Positions 20,323 through 30,513 of a DNA stretch of 64,000 nt are shown in pieces. A model generated the notes under the pieces. That model did no database searches and was not told where the DNA came from. It was given only the letters and a program-made list of their open reading frames with translations. Each line of letters begins with the position of its first letter. Positions within the stretch are counted from its first letter, which is position 1. A program made the position numbers and the translations under genes. Source of the DNA: Nitrospirales bacterium (GTDB taxonomy: Bacteria; Nitrospirota; Nitrospiria; Nitrospirales; UBA8639); the NCBI GenBank assembly GCA_965223295.1, contig CBDCWC010000002.1:1664001-1728000 (forward strand). Reading direction: 5' to 3'.

Positions 20323-21837
20323 TTATGATGATTCTTGGCGATTTTCTAGAGCCGGAATTGGTGAAGACGGATCTTCAACCTGGCTGCTCTTGCCATTCGT
20401 GGGAAAATTTGAGGGGCCCGGATCCAATAATGCTCGACGACGGGCTGCCGTCCCTTGCTTATTGATTTGTGCGACGCGAGAGATTCCCATCGCATCGGCT
20501 GGAACATTTTCGGTGACGGTTGTCCCAGCCGCAATCAAAGCCCCTTCTCCAATCGTGACGGGAGCAACAAGCTGAACATCGCTTCCAACAAACACATTAT
20601 CCTCAATCACAGTTCGTGCTTTTCGATACCCATCATAATTACAAGTAATGGTTCCGGCACCCACATTGACATGTCGTCCGATCCAGGTATCTCCAAGGTA
20701 ACTGAGATGATTCACTTTTGAGCCTTCCCCAACTTCCGTTTTTTTGAGTTCCACAAAATTTCCAACTTTTGCTTTTCGATGGATAAGGCAGCCCGGGCGC
20801 AGGTGAGCCATGGGACCGATCACAGCTTTATCCTCAACCGTGGATTCCTGGAGCACGCATGCATCTTGAATCTTCACCCCTCGATGCAGCACCATGTTGG
20901 TGAGTCGTGAGTTGGCACCAATCGTACATTGTTCTCCAACATGCGTGTCGCCTTCTAGATGTACTCCAGGATACACAACCGTATCGCGACCAATCGTGAC
21001 CTGATAGTCAATCAACACTCGTTCAGGATCTAACATCGTGACACCATCCAACAGGAAACGCTCACAAATCCGGCGCCGCATTTCTTTTTCCGCTAAGGCC
21101 AGATGCGCTCGGGTATTGACACCTGTCGTTTCCAAGGCATCGTCCGTCACCCTCGCGATCACTTTCAGGCCTGCCCGGACAGCCATCTCAATGATATCGG
21201 TTAAATAGTATTCCCCCTGTGCATTTTCAGGTTGCAATTGCCCGAGCGCCTTCTCAAGAAACTCCGCTTCCACGACATAGGTACCAACATTGATTTCTGT
21301 CACCTGTTTTTCTTCTAACGAAGCATCACGATCTTCCACAACCCGAGAAACGGTTCCTTCTGGTCCCCGGATTACGCGGCCGTAGCCACTGGGATCTGGC
21401 AATATTGTAGTGAGTAAGGTCAACGCCGCTCGCTCGTTTTGATGATACTTGACCAAACCCTCCACGGTTTCCGTCGTGAGAAGGGGAGTATCACCATTCA
21501 TAATCACATATTGGGTAGCCCCCTTAGAGGAATCCTGAGTAAGTGCGGGATACGCTTGCTGAACCGCATGACCAGTCCCAAGTTGTTCCGTTTGCTCTAC
21601 GACAAGATAGGGAGCAAATTGAGTCTTCTCTTGGTCCAGAAAGGTCCGTACTTGATCAGCCCCATGGCCAACTACTACGGCGATATTGTGGCTCGCCACC
21701 TTTCGGGCCACAATCATCGCATGCCCCAACATCGGAAACCCTGCGACATTGTGCAACACTTTTGGCAAAGTCGATTTCATTCGTGTACCCTGTCCTGCGG
21801 CAAGAATGATCACAGACGTGGTATTTATGTGACTCAT
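20323..21837 (-). CDS. glmU: Bifunctional UDP-GlcNAc pyrophosphorylase/glucosamine-1-P acetyltransferase
   Basis: LAAGQGTRMKS, QLGTGHA, EYYLTD, hexapeptide repeats, GNFVELK. Confidence 0.98.
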   Translation of the reverse strand: MSHINTTSVIILAAGQGTRMKSTLPKVLHNVAGFPMLGHAMIVARKVASHNIAVVVGHGADQVRTFLDQEKTQFAPYLVVEQTEQLGTGHAVQQAYPALTQDSSKGATQYVIMNGDTPLLTTETVEGLVKYHQNERAALTLLTTILPDPSGYGRVIRGPEGTVSRVVEDRDASLEEKQVTEINVGTYVVEAEFLEKALGQLQPENAQGEYYLTDIIEMAVRAGLKVIARVTDDALETTGVNTRAHLALAEKEMRRRICERFLLDGVTMLDPERVLIDYQVTIGRDTVVYPGVHLEGDTHVGEQCTIGANSRLTNMVLHRGVKIQDACVLQESTVEDKAVIGPMAHLRPGCLIHRKAKVGNFVELKKTEVGEGSKVNHLSYLGDTWIGRHVNVGAGTITCNYDGYRKARTVIEDNVFVGSDVQLVAPVTIGEGALIAAGTTVTENVPADAMGISRVAQINKQGTAARRRALLDPGPSNFPTNGKSSQVEDPSSPIPALENRQESS

Positions 21838-21866
21838 AGGGCCAGAATTTCCCTAGAAATAATACG

Positions 21867-22550
21867 CTAGTTTAAGGTGTGGGCACGTTCATTGGGAGTT
21901 TTAAGGGTCATTGTACTAGACTTTCCAGCAATTTCAATGCCAGACGACTTGTCCTGCGGCGAGTAAAATCCTCCAGAGACAATCAGTTTCATTGCCTCTT
22001 CGACATTGATATCCACAGGCATGACTTCTTTCTCCGGCACCAATAAAAAATAGCCTGAAGTGGGGTTGGGTGAAGTGGGCACAAAGACATGCACCAAAGG
22101 CTCCGGAGCTAACGACTGAATTTCTTCCCGTGTCTCTCCTGTCACAAAAGCCAGGCAATAATTCCCATCTTTCGGGAACTGAATCATGACGACCTTGTCA
22201 TATTTTTCACGCTGCTTGAAGGAGAGAATATCCATCATGGATTTCAGTGTGGCATAAATCCCTCGCACAATAGGAACCCGATCCAAAAACTCTTCCCATC
22301 GGCTTACCATACGCCTTCCCAAAAAATTAGTGGCCAAGATACCCGCGAACAAGATCAAGATGACCAATGTCAGGATCCCCAAGCCCGGGAAGTAATAATC
22401 AGGCAGAACCAAATCAGCCAAAGCCGTGCCAAGAATGCTATCTACCGTGACAAATAGCGTTTTTAAAATGAGAATGGTACCCCATATTGGGGTAATGACG
22501 AGCAGTCCCGTGAGGAAATAGCGTTTGAGGGAGGCACGAAACGAATTCAT
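21867..22550 (-). CDS. DUF502 family membrane protein
   Basis: YFLTGLLV.P, VFVPTSPNPTSG, EEAMKLIVSGG. Confidence 0.9.
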   Translation of the reverse strand: MNSFRASLKRYFLTGLLVITPIWGTILILKTLFVTVDSILGTALADLVLPDYYFPGLGILTLVILILFAGILATNFLGRRMVSRWEEFLDRVPIVRGIYATLKSMMDILSFKQREKYDKVVMIQFPKDGNYCLAFVTGETREEIQSLAPEPLVHVFVPTSPNPTSGYFLLVPEKEVMPVDINVEEAMKLIVSGGFYSPQDKSSGIEIAGKSSTMTLKTPNERAHTLN

Positions 22551-22703
22551 GCGGATTGCCAAACCTTTGTCATGGCCAGAACGAGCTCTGTGAGAAAACG
22601 GCAGCCTGAGCCCACCTAGGGCATCTTACAATTCCATTGAGACTCCGGCAAGACTTTTCTTTCAAATTTCAATGACTTAGACTACGGACACTGAGGGGCG
22701 ATC

Positions 22704-23429
22704 TTGAGTCGAAATAGAAACACAGCAAAAAAACAGAGTTCTCTAAGTGGGTTACTTATTACCTTTGAAGGCATCGAAGGTTCTGGAAAATCAACGCAAT
22801 GTCGACGCCTTGCCCGATCCCTTCAAACGCAGGGATACCAGGTTCTCGAAACCCGGGAGCCCGGAGGCACGCCGATAGCAGAATCGCTTCGGAAGCTCAT
22901 GCTCACGACCACCAAGTTGAAACCTGAGACCGAATCCATCACACCAGCCTGTGAATCGATGTTAATCCTCGCGGCACGCGCTCAACACCTCACCCATGTC
23001 ATTCAACCAGCATTAGCACAAGGAACGATTGTTCTCTGTGATCGGTTTTTTGATTCGACAGTGGCCTATCAGGGTTATGCACGCGGTCTCAATAGGAAAT
23101 TTCTGTACGAAGCAAATCATTTTATTGTCGGAGAGCTTGAACCTGATCTCACATTTTTTTTGGATCTGCCTGTTCAAGATGGGTTAGCCAGACGACAACG
23201 GACACACAAGCAGGACCGGATTGACCAGGAATCACTCCGTTTTCATCAGCAGGTCCGGCGCGGGTTCCTGGCTTTGGCGAAGGCTCATCCCAAACGGATC
23301 ACAAAAATGGATGCTCGGCAACCACCTCAAATCCTAGCAACTCAAATTGTATCCATAACTGAAAATCTGATCCGGAGCCGATATCCTCTGCGCGTAAATC
23401 ATTTATCGGCACCCAAGAAAAAGAAATAG
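22704..23429 (+). CDS. tmk: Thymidylate kinase
   Basis: FEGIEGSGKST, TREPGG, DRFFDSTVAYQG. Confidence 0.96.
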   Translation: MSRNRNTAKKQSSLSGLLITFEGIEGSGKSTQCRRLARSLQTQGYQVLETREPGGTPIAESLRKLMLTTTKLKPETESITPACESMLILAARAQHLTHVIQPALAQGTIVLCDRFFDSTVAYQGYARGLNRKFLYEANHFIVGELEPDLTFFLDLPVQDGLARRQRTHKQDRIDQESLRFHQQVRRGFLALAKAHPKRITKMDARQPPQILATQIVSITENLIRSRYPLRVNHLSAPKKKK

Positions 23430-23446
23430 ACGAAAAAACCTCAACC

Positions 23447-24472
23447 ATGCCGTTTCATCACATCATTGGCCATGACCGTCCTATTATGTGGCTCCAGACT
23501 GCCGTGCAGACTGACCATCTTGGACATGCCTATCTTTTTCATGGCGAACCAGCCATTGGCAAAAGACAAACAGCCTTAGCTCTTAGCCAATTACTCCATT
23601 GTGAAAGCCCTCAAGACGATTTAGCCCCGGATGCCTGTGGCACCTGCCAATCATGTCATCAAGTTGAACAAGCCATCCATCCCGACTGTCTCTTCATTCA
23701 GCCTGAGGACAGTCAAAAGCAGCAGCCAAAAATTAAGATTGACCAAATTCGTGCTATCGAACATTTAGCCATTTATCGCCCGCTCATCGGCTCCCATAAA
23801 ATTTGTCTCATTGACGAGGCTGACACCATGACGCTGGAAGCCGCGAATGCGTTACTGAAAACGCTAGAAGATCCCCCAGACCATTGCCTCTTTCTTCTGA
23901 TCTCGAGCCGGCCAGAGCATCTCTTACCCACAATTCGGTCCCGTTGTATCGCCTTGCGATTCTCCCTGCTACCAGTCGATGCCATAGAGACATACTTGAG
24001 AACCCATTCATCCATGGACTCAAACAATGCCAAGCTGGTGGCGTCCTTCACAGAAGGCCGCCTGGGACATGCCCTTCAGCAGGACCCTGAAGAGCTCAAG
24101 ATCAAACTTCGGCAATATTGGACGTTGCTCTTTGGAGACCAACTCACTTCGACCACTCATGTGTTTGACATGAGCGAAAGTCTGGTCAAATCGAGCCAGG
24201 TTCTTGAAGCCATCCATTGGTTTCAACAAGGCCTCCGTGACTTACTTCTACTATCCTTAGAGACATCAAATACTCCCATGCTCTACCGCGACCAGGAATC
24301 GGCTCTTCGCCAGTTAGCAACACAGATCAGTACCTCAGCGATTCTGGAACTCTCCCAAGAGTTACATCAGCTAGAACGAGGGCAGCAACGCAATATCAAC
24401 CTACAGATTGGGTTAGAACAATTTTTCTTTCATCTGCATGACCACTTAGCCTCAGCCCATTCCCATGAATAA
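23447..24472 (+). CDS. holB: DNA polymerase III subunit delta'
   Basis: HAYLFHG, zinc-binding Cys motif CGTCQSC, ANALLKTLEDP, TIRSRC; follows tmk. Confidence 0.93.
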   Translation: MPFHHIIGHDRPIMWLQTAVQTDHLGHAYLFHGEPAIGKRQTALALSQLLHCESPQDDLAPDACGTCQSCHQVEQAIHPDCLFIQPEDSQKQQPKIKIDQIRAIEHLAIYRPLIGSHKICLIDEADTMTLEAANALLKTLEDPPDHCLFLLISSRPEHLLPTIRSRCIALRFSLLPVDAIETYLRTHSSMDSNNAKLVASFTEGRLGHALQQDPEELKIKLRQYWTLLFGDQLTSTTHVFDMSESLVKSSQVLEAIHWFQQGLRDLLLLSLETSNTPMLYRDQESALRQLATQISTSAILELSQELHQLERGQQRNINLQIGLEQFFFHLHDHLASAHSHE

Positions 24473-24495
24473 AATTTCATACCTAACCAACAAAT

Positions 24496-24636
24496 GGGCA
24501 CCTCTAAAACCTGGTGATTTTTTCTGAGGGCAAGGAAGCGGCGAGCGGAAAACCACAGTGTATATGGAAATACATGAGGATTTGAGCGCGACGCTGACGC
24601 CGCCATCGGGGAAAAGGACAGTTTTTAGAGGTGCCC
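24496..24636. mobile_element. MITE-like element with terminal inverted repeats and apparent 4-bp target duplication
   Basis: GGGCACCTCTAAAA ... TTTTAGAGGTGCCC perfect 14-bp inverted repeats; AAAT on both flanks (24492-24495, 24637-24640); 141 bp. Confidence 0.75.
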
Positions 24637-24770
24637 AAATGAATATTGCTGTTCAGTACCTCACTTTTATATTTCTCAATCCCTCGTCCTTTCAGAGCTT
24701 GGCCTCGAAAAGAGGACAGGTCAACTGACCAGAGTCATGGACATGACCAAACTAAAGGAACCACAGTCTT

Positions 24771-26744
24771 ATGCCTGAAAAATTTTATGTCACAACCCCC
24801 ATCTATTATGTCAACGATGTGCCGCATATCGGCCATGCTTATACGACTATTGCTGCCGATGTTTTAGCTCGATTCCATCGTTCACAAGGGCATGAAGTCT
24901 TTTTTCTTACCGGCTTAGACGAACATGGACAAAAAGTTCAGCAAGCCGCCGCCAAAGCTGGCATTGATCCACAAACCCATTGTGATCGACTGATGCCAAC
25001 ATTCAAGAATTTGTGGACCACACTCAATATTTCACAGGATGGGTTTATTCGCACCACCGACCGCCAACACCAATCGGTTGTTCAAAACTGCTTACAGGAC
25101 CTGTACGACAAGGGTTTAATTTACCAAGCCGAGTATTCTGGATGGTACTGCACCTTCGACGAACGATTTTGGACAGAGAAGGATATCCAAGAAGGCCTTT
25201 GTCCAGATTGTCAACGGCCTGTGGAACAGGTCAGCGAGCGGAATTATTTTTTCCGCATGAGCCAATTTCAGGATCGCCTCAAAGAGCATATACAGACTCA
25301 TCCCAGATTTATTCAGCCCGACTCTCGCCGCAATGAAGTGTTAGGCTTTTTACAAAAACCGCTTGAAGATCTTTCTATTTCACGCCCTAAGTCGCGCCTC
25401 TCCTGGGGCATTGAATTACCTTTTGACCATGATTGTGTGGCCTATGTATGGTTTGATGCCTTAGTTAATTATTTCTCCGCTTTAGAATATCTCTCTTCAC
25501 AACCAAACGCCTCAGCATTCTGGCCTGCCTCAGTTCATTTAGTTGGCAAAGATATTCTCACGACACACGCAGTCTATTGGTCCACAATGCTCATGGGCCT
25601 GGAGCGGCCTCTCCCTCAATCCATTTTTGCTCATGGCTGGTGGACCGTGGAAGGGGAGAAGATGTCGAAAAGCCGAGGGAATGTCGTCGACCCTTATGCC
25701 ATGGTAAAAGAATTCGGCACCGATGCGTTTCGCTATTTTCTCTTACGCGAAGTGCCATTCGGCCAAGATGGCGACTTTTCGCTACAGACCTTTCACAGCC
25801 GATATCAAGCTGAACTGGCCAATGACCTGGGCAATCTTGTCTCCCGCACTCTGGCCATGCTGGGCAATTTTTCTAACAATACAGTTCCCCTCTCTGCTGT
25901 GCAAACTGAAACAGAATTGGACCGCCAACTCCAACACACGGCATCCACGCTTTCCGAGACGACTGCCGACCACCTCCATCGATTGGAATTTCATCGAGCT
26001 CTTGAAGCGATTTGGGGACTGGTCCAAATGGCTAATCAATATATTGACAAAACAGCTCCATGGCTCCTTGCTAAGGATCCAGCAAACACTCCAAGACTGC
26101 AAACTGTATTGTTTCACCTTGCCGAAACACTTCGTTTTATTGCCTTTTCGCTTTCACCTTTCATGCCCCACACCGCAGAGAGTATGAAAAGCCGGTTGGG
26201 TCTAACAAAAAATGGTTCAAGTTCCACAACACAGGACTATCCTGCGTGGGGTTCGTTCATCTATACCAACCCTGTCAGTAAAGGAACATCCCTGTTCCCT
26301 AAGAAAGACCCCCCTGCCACCCGTGATAAGGCTTCCCAATCATCGGCAGCTCTTACTCCTTCACCGGCTAGAACACAACACAAAGAGACGTCAGCAACGC
26401 CTTCGCTGCCCAACGATGCAGAACTCATCGGAATCAATGAGTTTATGAAAGTCCAACTCAAGGTAGGAAAGGTTCTTGAAGCCGAGCGGGTACCAAAATC
26501 TTCGAAGCTCTTAAAGCTGCAAGTTGATATTGGAACAGAACAGCGTCAGATTGTGGCAGGTATCGGGAAGAAATACGAACCAGAAAATCTAATAGGAAAA
26601 ACAATCGTCGTTGTGGCGAACCTGAAGCCAGCCAAGCTCATGGGCATTGAATCCCAAGGCATGGTGTTGGCAGCTGGAGAAAGCGACAAGCTTGGACTAC
26701 TCAGCATATCCGAAGATCTACCTCCTGGAACCAAGATCAAATAA
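24771..26744 (+). CDS. metG: Methionine--tRNA ligase with C-terminal tRNA-binding domain
   Basis: TTPIYYVN.PHIGH, KMSKS, C-terminal OB-fold ANLKPAKLMGIESQGM. Confidence 0.98.
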   Translation: MPEKFYVTTPIYYVNDVPHIGHAYTTIAADVLARFHRSQGHEVFFLTGLDEHGQKVQQAAAKAGIDPQTHCDRLMPTFKNLWTTLNISQDGFIRTTDRQHQSVVQNCLQDLYDKGLIYQAEYSGWYCTFDERFWTEKDIQEGLCPDCQRPVEQVSERNYFFRMSQFQDRLKEHIQTHPRFIQPDSRRNEVLGFLQKPLEDLSISRPKSRLSWGIELPFDHDCVAYVWFDALVNYFSALEYLSSQPNASAFWPASVHLVGKDILTTHAVYWSTMLMGLERPLPQSIFAHGWWTVEGEKMSKSRGNVVDPYAMVKEFGTDAFRYFLLREVPFGQDGDFSLQTFHSRYQAELANDLGNLVSRTLAMLGNFSNNTVPLSAVQTETELDRQLQHTASTLSETTADHLHRLEFHRALEAIWGLVQMANQYIDKTAPWLLAKDPANTPRLQTVLFHLAETLRFIAFSLSPFMPHTAESMKSRLGLTKNGSSSTTQDYPAWGSFIYTNPVSKGTSLFPKKDPPATRDKASQSSAALTPSPARTQHKETSATPSLPNDAELIGINEFMKVQLKVGKVLEAERVPKSSKLLKLQVDIGTEQRQIVAGIGKKYEPENLIGKTIVVVANLKPAKLMGIESQGMVLAAGESDKLGLLSISEDLPPGTKIK

Positions 26745-26767
26745 AAGAAATACGGCTCAGTTATACC

Positions 26768-28168
26768 TCAATAGGCCTCTTTATGAATGAACCCTTTCCA
26801 CAGGGTGAGAAACATGATTTTTACATCCAACCATAACGACCAATTTTCAATGTAATAGATATCATGAGCCAACCGTGTTTCCCATGAGGTACTCCCGCGA
26901 AATCCATTCACCTGAGCCCATCCGGTTATTCCCGCCTTCATTTTATGCCGTAAGTTGTATTGAGGAAATTGCTCGCGAAATGTTTGAATAAATTCAGGAC
27001 GCTCTGGACGTGGCCCGACAATGCTCATTTCTCCCATCAAGACATTCCAAAACTGCGGCAATTCATCCAAGCTGGTTTGGCGAAGAATTTTTCCGATTCC
27101 TGTACAGCGAATATCCCCTGGTCGAGCCCAAATCGGGCCTGTTGCTGATTCAGCATCTATCTGCATTGTCCGGAATTTAATGATTTCAAAGGACCTCCCG
27201 TCTAAACCCACGCGCTTCTGACGGTACAACACAGGTCCCGAAGAGGTCAGAGCAATAAGCAGTGCAATAAGACCCATTAGCGGCGAGGTGAGAACAAGGG
27301 CAATCAGAGACCCACAGACATCAAAACATCGTTTCAGAAAGACATTCCAGCCATAAAGAGGTGAGCCCTGCAAGGTAATAATTGGAAGGCCACCAAACAC
27401 TTCGGCTTCGGCTCTCAACGTAATAAACTCATAGATCGAAGGGATCACCTTAACCTCAGCCGTCAGACCAGAAAGAATATTCATCAATCGTTCCGCTTCA
27501 CCTTCAACATTCGGGGGTAAACATAAAAACACGACATCCGCCTGCCGATTCAATAATTCCTTCGCTTGCTGGAATGAGCCAATTACTGGCACCCCTTGCA
27601 ACATTTGTCCAACCTTAGACTCATTTCTGGACAAATATCCACGAACATTCATGCCTAATTCTGGATGAGCCTTGAGTGTTTGAACTAACCGTAGGCCTAA
27701 GGATCCCGCACCAACCACGACCACATGGCGCTGGTTATACCCTAATCGACGAAGGAGCCGTAACACTTCACGAAACACCATTCGTGAAAAACCCAACACG
27801 ACTAAATTAAACACCCAAAAATAAAGAATGACCAATCTGGAAAATTCAAAGGTTTTCATGAAAAATGACAAAGCCACGAGGATTAAAATACACAGTGAAT
27901 TGGCTTTGGCTAAATCCACAAATTCAGCCAAATGAGACCCCATCCTACGTGGACGATATAAATTTAACGACGAGAAACAGATGCCCCAAACAAGAATAAT
28001 CGGAAACAGCAGCCACAAGTACGGCTCGATTGGCGGAATCCCTTTCGTCACCGGGAAGAGAACACCGGAAAACCGGAAGAAATACGCTGCAAGCCAGCAG
28101 CCGGAAATGAGAAGAAGATCAGAAAGGAAAAGAAGATTTTTGAAAAACTCAGAATGGCGCTTTAACAT
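26768..28168 (-). CDS. Undecaprenyl-phosphate glucose phosphotransferase (WcaJ-type priming glycosyltransferase)
   Basis: N-terminal TMs, KFRTM, LDELPQFWNVL.GEMSIVGPRPE, GITGWAQVNG. Confidence 0.93.
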   Translation of the reverse strand: MLKRHSEFFKNLLFLSDLLLISGCWLAAYFFRFSGVLFPVTKGIPPIEPYLWLLFPIILVWGICFSSLNLYRPRRMGSHLAEFVDLAKANSLCILILVALSFFMKTFEFSRLVILYFWVFNLVVLGFSRMVFREVLRLLRRLGYNQRHVVVVGAGSLGLRLVQTLKAHPELGMNVRGYLSRNESKVGQMLQGVPVIGSFQQAKELLNRQADVVFLCLPPNVEGEAERLMNILSGLTAEVKVIPSIYEFITLRAEAEVFGGLPIITLQGSPLYGWNVFLKRCFDVCGSLIALVLTSPLMGLIALLIALTSSGPVLYRQKRVGLDGRSFEIIKFRTMQIDAESATGPIWARPGDIRCTGIGKILRQTSLDELPQFWNVLMGEMSIVGPRPERPEFIQTFREQFPQYNLRHKMKAGITGWAQVNGFRGSTSWETRLAHDIYYIENWSLWLDVKIMFLTLWKGFIHKEAY

Positions 28169-29310
28169 AGGAGGGACTGACGAAATTGCTGATAAGTCGT
28201 CATAATCACCTGATGGATTTGTTCTTGAAAATATTGTTTGTCAAAACGTTGAACATGTGCTCGGATAGCCTGAGGCCGGAACATGCTTCTCTTAGATTCG
28301 AACAAGGTAATGGCCTCACTCAGCGCATTTTCCGTCTGCTCATAAAAAAACACCCCCGTTGGGGAAGAGGCTTGTTCGGTTTGAATTTTAGGATTGATGG
28401 GAATGACCGTTTCCAACACTCCTCCTTTCCCATAAGCGATCACCGGCTTTCCGCTTGCCATTGCTTCTAACGGCACAATACCAAAATCCTCTTCACCTGG
28501 GAAGAGGAGCGCTGTGCATTTTCTGTAAAACTCTCGAACATCCTCATCTGTTTTCCACCCTAAGAATTCCACAGTGGGACCGGCCAGTTTTTGTAATTGT
28601 TTTTCTTCTGGTCCCTTCCCGATTATTTTCAAGGATATTTTCAATCGGGTCGCGATATTAATAGCTATATCGACGCGTTTATATGGAACGAATGCTGTCA
28701 CCATCAAATAGAAACCTTCATCACATTCAGAGGTCGACAATTCCTGCCAATCGACAGGAGGATACACAACAATTGCTTCACGTCCATAATAGTGTTTGAT
28801 ACGCTCAGCAACATTCTGAGAATTGGCCACAAACGCATGAACGTGAGTATTGGACTTGACATCCCACTTCTGAAGTCGTTTTCGAAAAACGGCCATGGCC
28901 AGTTTCTCAAGACTACAACATGCCTTTTGCTCAAAATACTGGTCATGGGCATCCCAAATATACCGCATAGGTGTATGAATATAGGATATGTGACACGTCC
29001 CCTTAGGAACCGAGATACCTTTTGCCACACAATGACTGGAACTCACAATTAAATCGAATTCCTGAAAATCAAACGATTGTATCGCCCTGGGGAATAGGGG
29101 AAGGTAATAACGATACTGTCTTTTGACAAATGGAAGAATGTTTAAAAAACTTGGAATGATATGATGGCGTTCAATTGTTGGTGAAACACTTCCTTGAACT
29201 TGAATAAGCGTGTAAATTGGAGCGTGAGGAAAAAGTTCACACAAGGCCTCCAAGCAACGCTCGCCCCCACGCATTCCCGTCAGCCAATCATGGACCAGCG
29301 CCACCTTCAC
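28162..29310 (-). CDS. Glycosyltransferase family 4 (mannosyltransferase-like)
   Basis: MKVALVHDWLTGMRGGE, HTPMRYIWD, EDFGIVPLEAMASG. Confidence 0.93.
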   Translation of the reverse strand: MKVALVHDWLTGMRGGERCLEALCELFPHAPIYTLIQVQGSVSPTIERHHIIPSFLNILPFVKRQYRYYLPLFPRAIQSFDFQEFDLIVSSSHCVAKGISVPKGTCHISYIHTPMRYIWDAHDQYFEQKACCSLEKLAMAVFRKRLQKWDVKSNTHVHAFVANSQNVAERIKHYYGREAIVVYPPVDWQELSTSECDEGFYLMVTAFVPYKRVDIAINIATRLKISLKIIGKGPEEKQLQKLAGPTVEFLGWKTDEDVREFYRKCTALLFPGEEDFGIVPLEAMASGKPVIAYGKGGVLETVIPINPKIQTEQASSPTGVFFYEQTENALSEAITLFESKRSMFRPQAIRAHVQRFDKQYFQEQIHQVIMTTYQQFRQSLLC

Positions 29311-29612
29311 ACGTTACTCTCTTGAAACACTCTAGAAATCCGTCACCTCGTCAATACCACCAATACTTCCTGATTTGTGCAACCCAAGTTACAAGATTCA
29401 GCATCCTCACATCATCATCTGCCTTAATCTTGCTGATCGCAACAGGAATGTCGTGCAGCGTGGTGGGATACACAAGCAAACAGATAATCTCAATTATTTT
29501 TGTCATGATTCCGGATGTCGCCGCCGTGTTGAGACGACCACAAGGCGAAGGCACGAGGAGCGGTCGTTAAACCCTTTCAAACACGCAGCAGATAGACACA
29601 TCATTGGAGATT

Positions 29613-30185
29613 TCAAAAATCTGATAAGAACTGAAGTGACTGGGCAGACTTGGAAAGACCTTTATGCGATCTGCCCATCAACACAAGATTCTCAACCTTG
29701 ACACCTAACTGAGAAAGACGTTCAACCTTTTCTTCAACTCCAACAACAGCTGCGATAATCATGAGCTCGTGGCAGTCTTGATAGTCTTTCAAAGGCAAAA
29801 CAGGGATGACCCAGGGCTTCCACCTTGGACATTCATCATAAATAGCCGTAACCCTGACTGGCAGTTCATAAGATAGATCATACAGGATCTCAGCTATTTC
29901 ATTGACACCATACACCGAGACTTTTGTAATCCTCTGGTCCGCCAGGCACAATAAGGTTTGTCGGCATTGTTCAACGGCAAATCGGTTATACTCCTGCATA
30001 CTGGCAAGAAACTCACCTATTTTCTGAACCTTTTCACCAACCTCTCCTGGGTGCTTGAGGCTTCTTCGGAATTTTGTGAGCTTAATGTACACCTCCCTAA
30101 ATAAAAGAGTGACAAGCGTTTTAAAAAGTAAAAGACTCGATAGAAGCCGGAAAAAAATCTGGCGAGGCCATGGCAACATAACCAC
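29613..30185 (-). CDS. Hypothetical protein resembling the C-terminal Rossmann-like part of EPS-associated MarR regulators
   Basis: RBS GGAGG; KVSVYGVNEIAEIL...AIYDE...PVLPL Rossmann-like segment; no clear HTH. Confidence 0.6.
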   Translation of the reverse strand: MVMLPWPRQIFFRLLSSLLLFKTLVTLLFREVYIKLTKFRRSLKHPGEVGEKVQKIGEFLASMQEYNRFAVEQCRQTLLCLADQRITKVSVYGVNEIAEILYDLSYELPVRVTAIYDECPRWKPWVIPVLPLKDYQDCHELMIIAAVVGVEEKVERLSQLGVKVENLVLMGRSHKGLSKSAQSLQFLSDF

Positions 30186-30513
30186 TACCTCCTATTTATT
30201 GAGGTTCGACACATATTTTCTACCTTGCTCTATGCGTGTTTCAGCATCGCCAAAACCAGCAGCAAGCATCTATTTTCTGTAACCGTCAGTCACATATTCA
30301 AAGACGGTACTCTAGAAACCTCCTGCTAGGATTTTCACTTTACCGAAGTGAATGTCGTTTCAAACTCAACGAGCGAGATGAACCGAGTTACTAATAGCAA
30401 CCAACAAGAACTCAGGACAAAAAAAGTTTTCTAGCCAACCCCAAAGCACATATTGAAAACCGTCTAACAAAAATTGATGCCATGTTTTTTTATAGCAAAT
30501 TCAGTCGCAGTCC

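Noticed and set aside
29351-29701. Small overlapping ORFs between the GT4 gene and the regulator-like gene
   Set aside because: No motif support; a real small gene cannot be told apart from spurious ORFs
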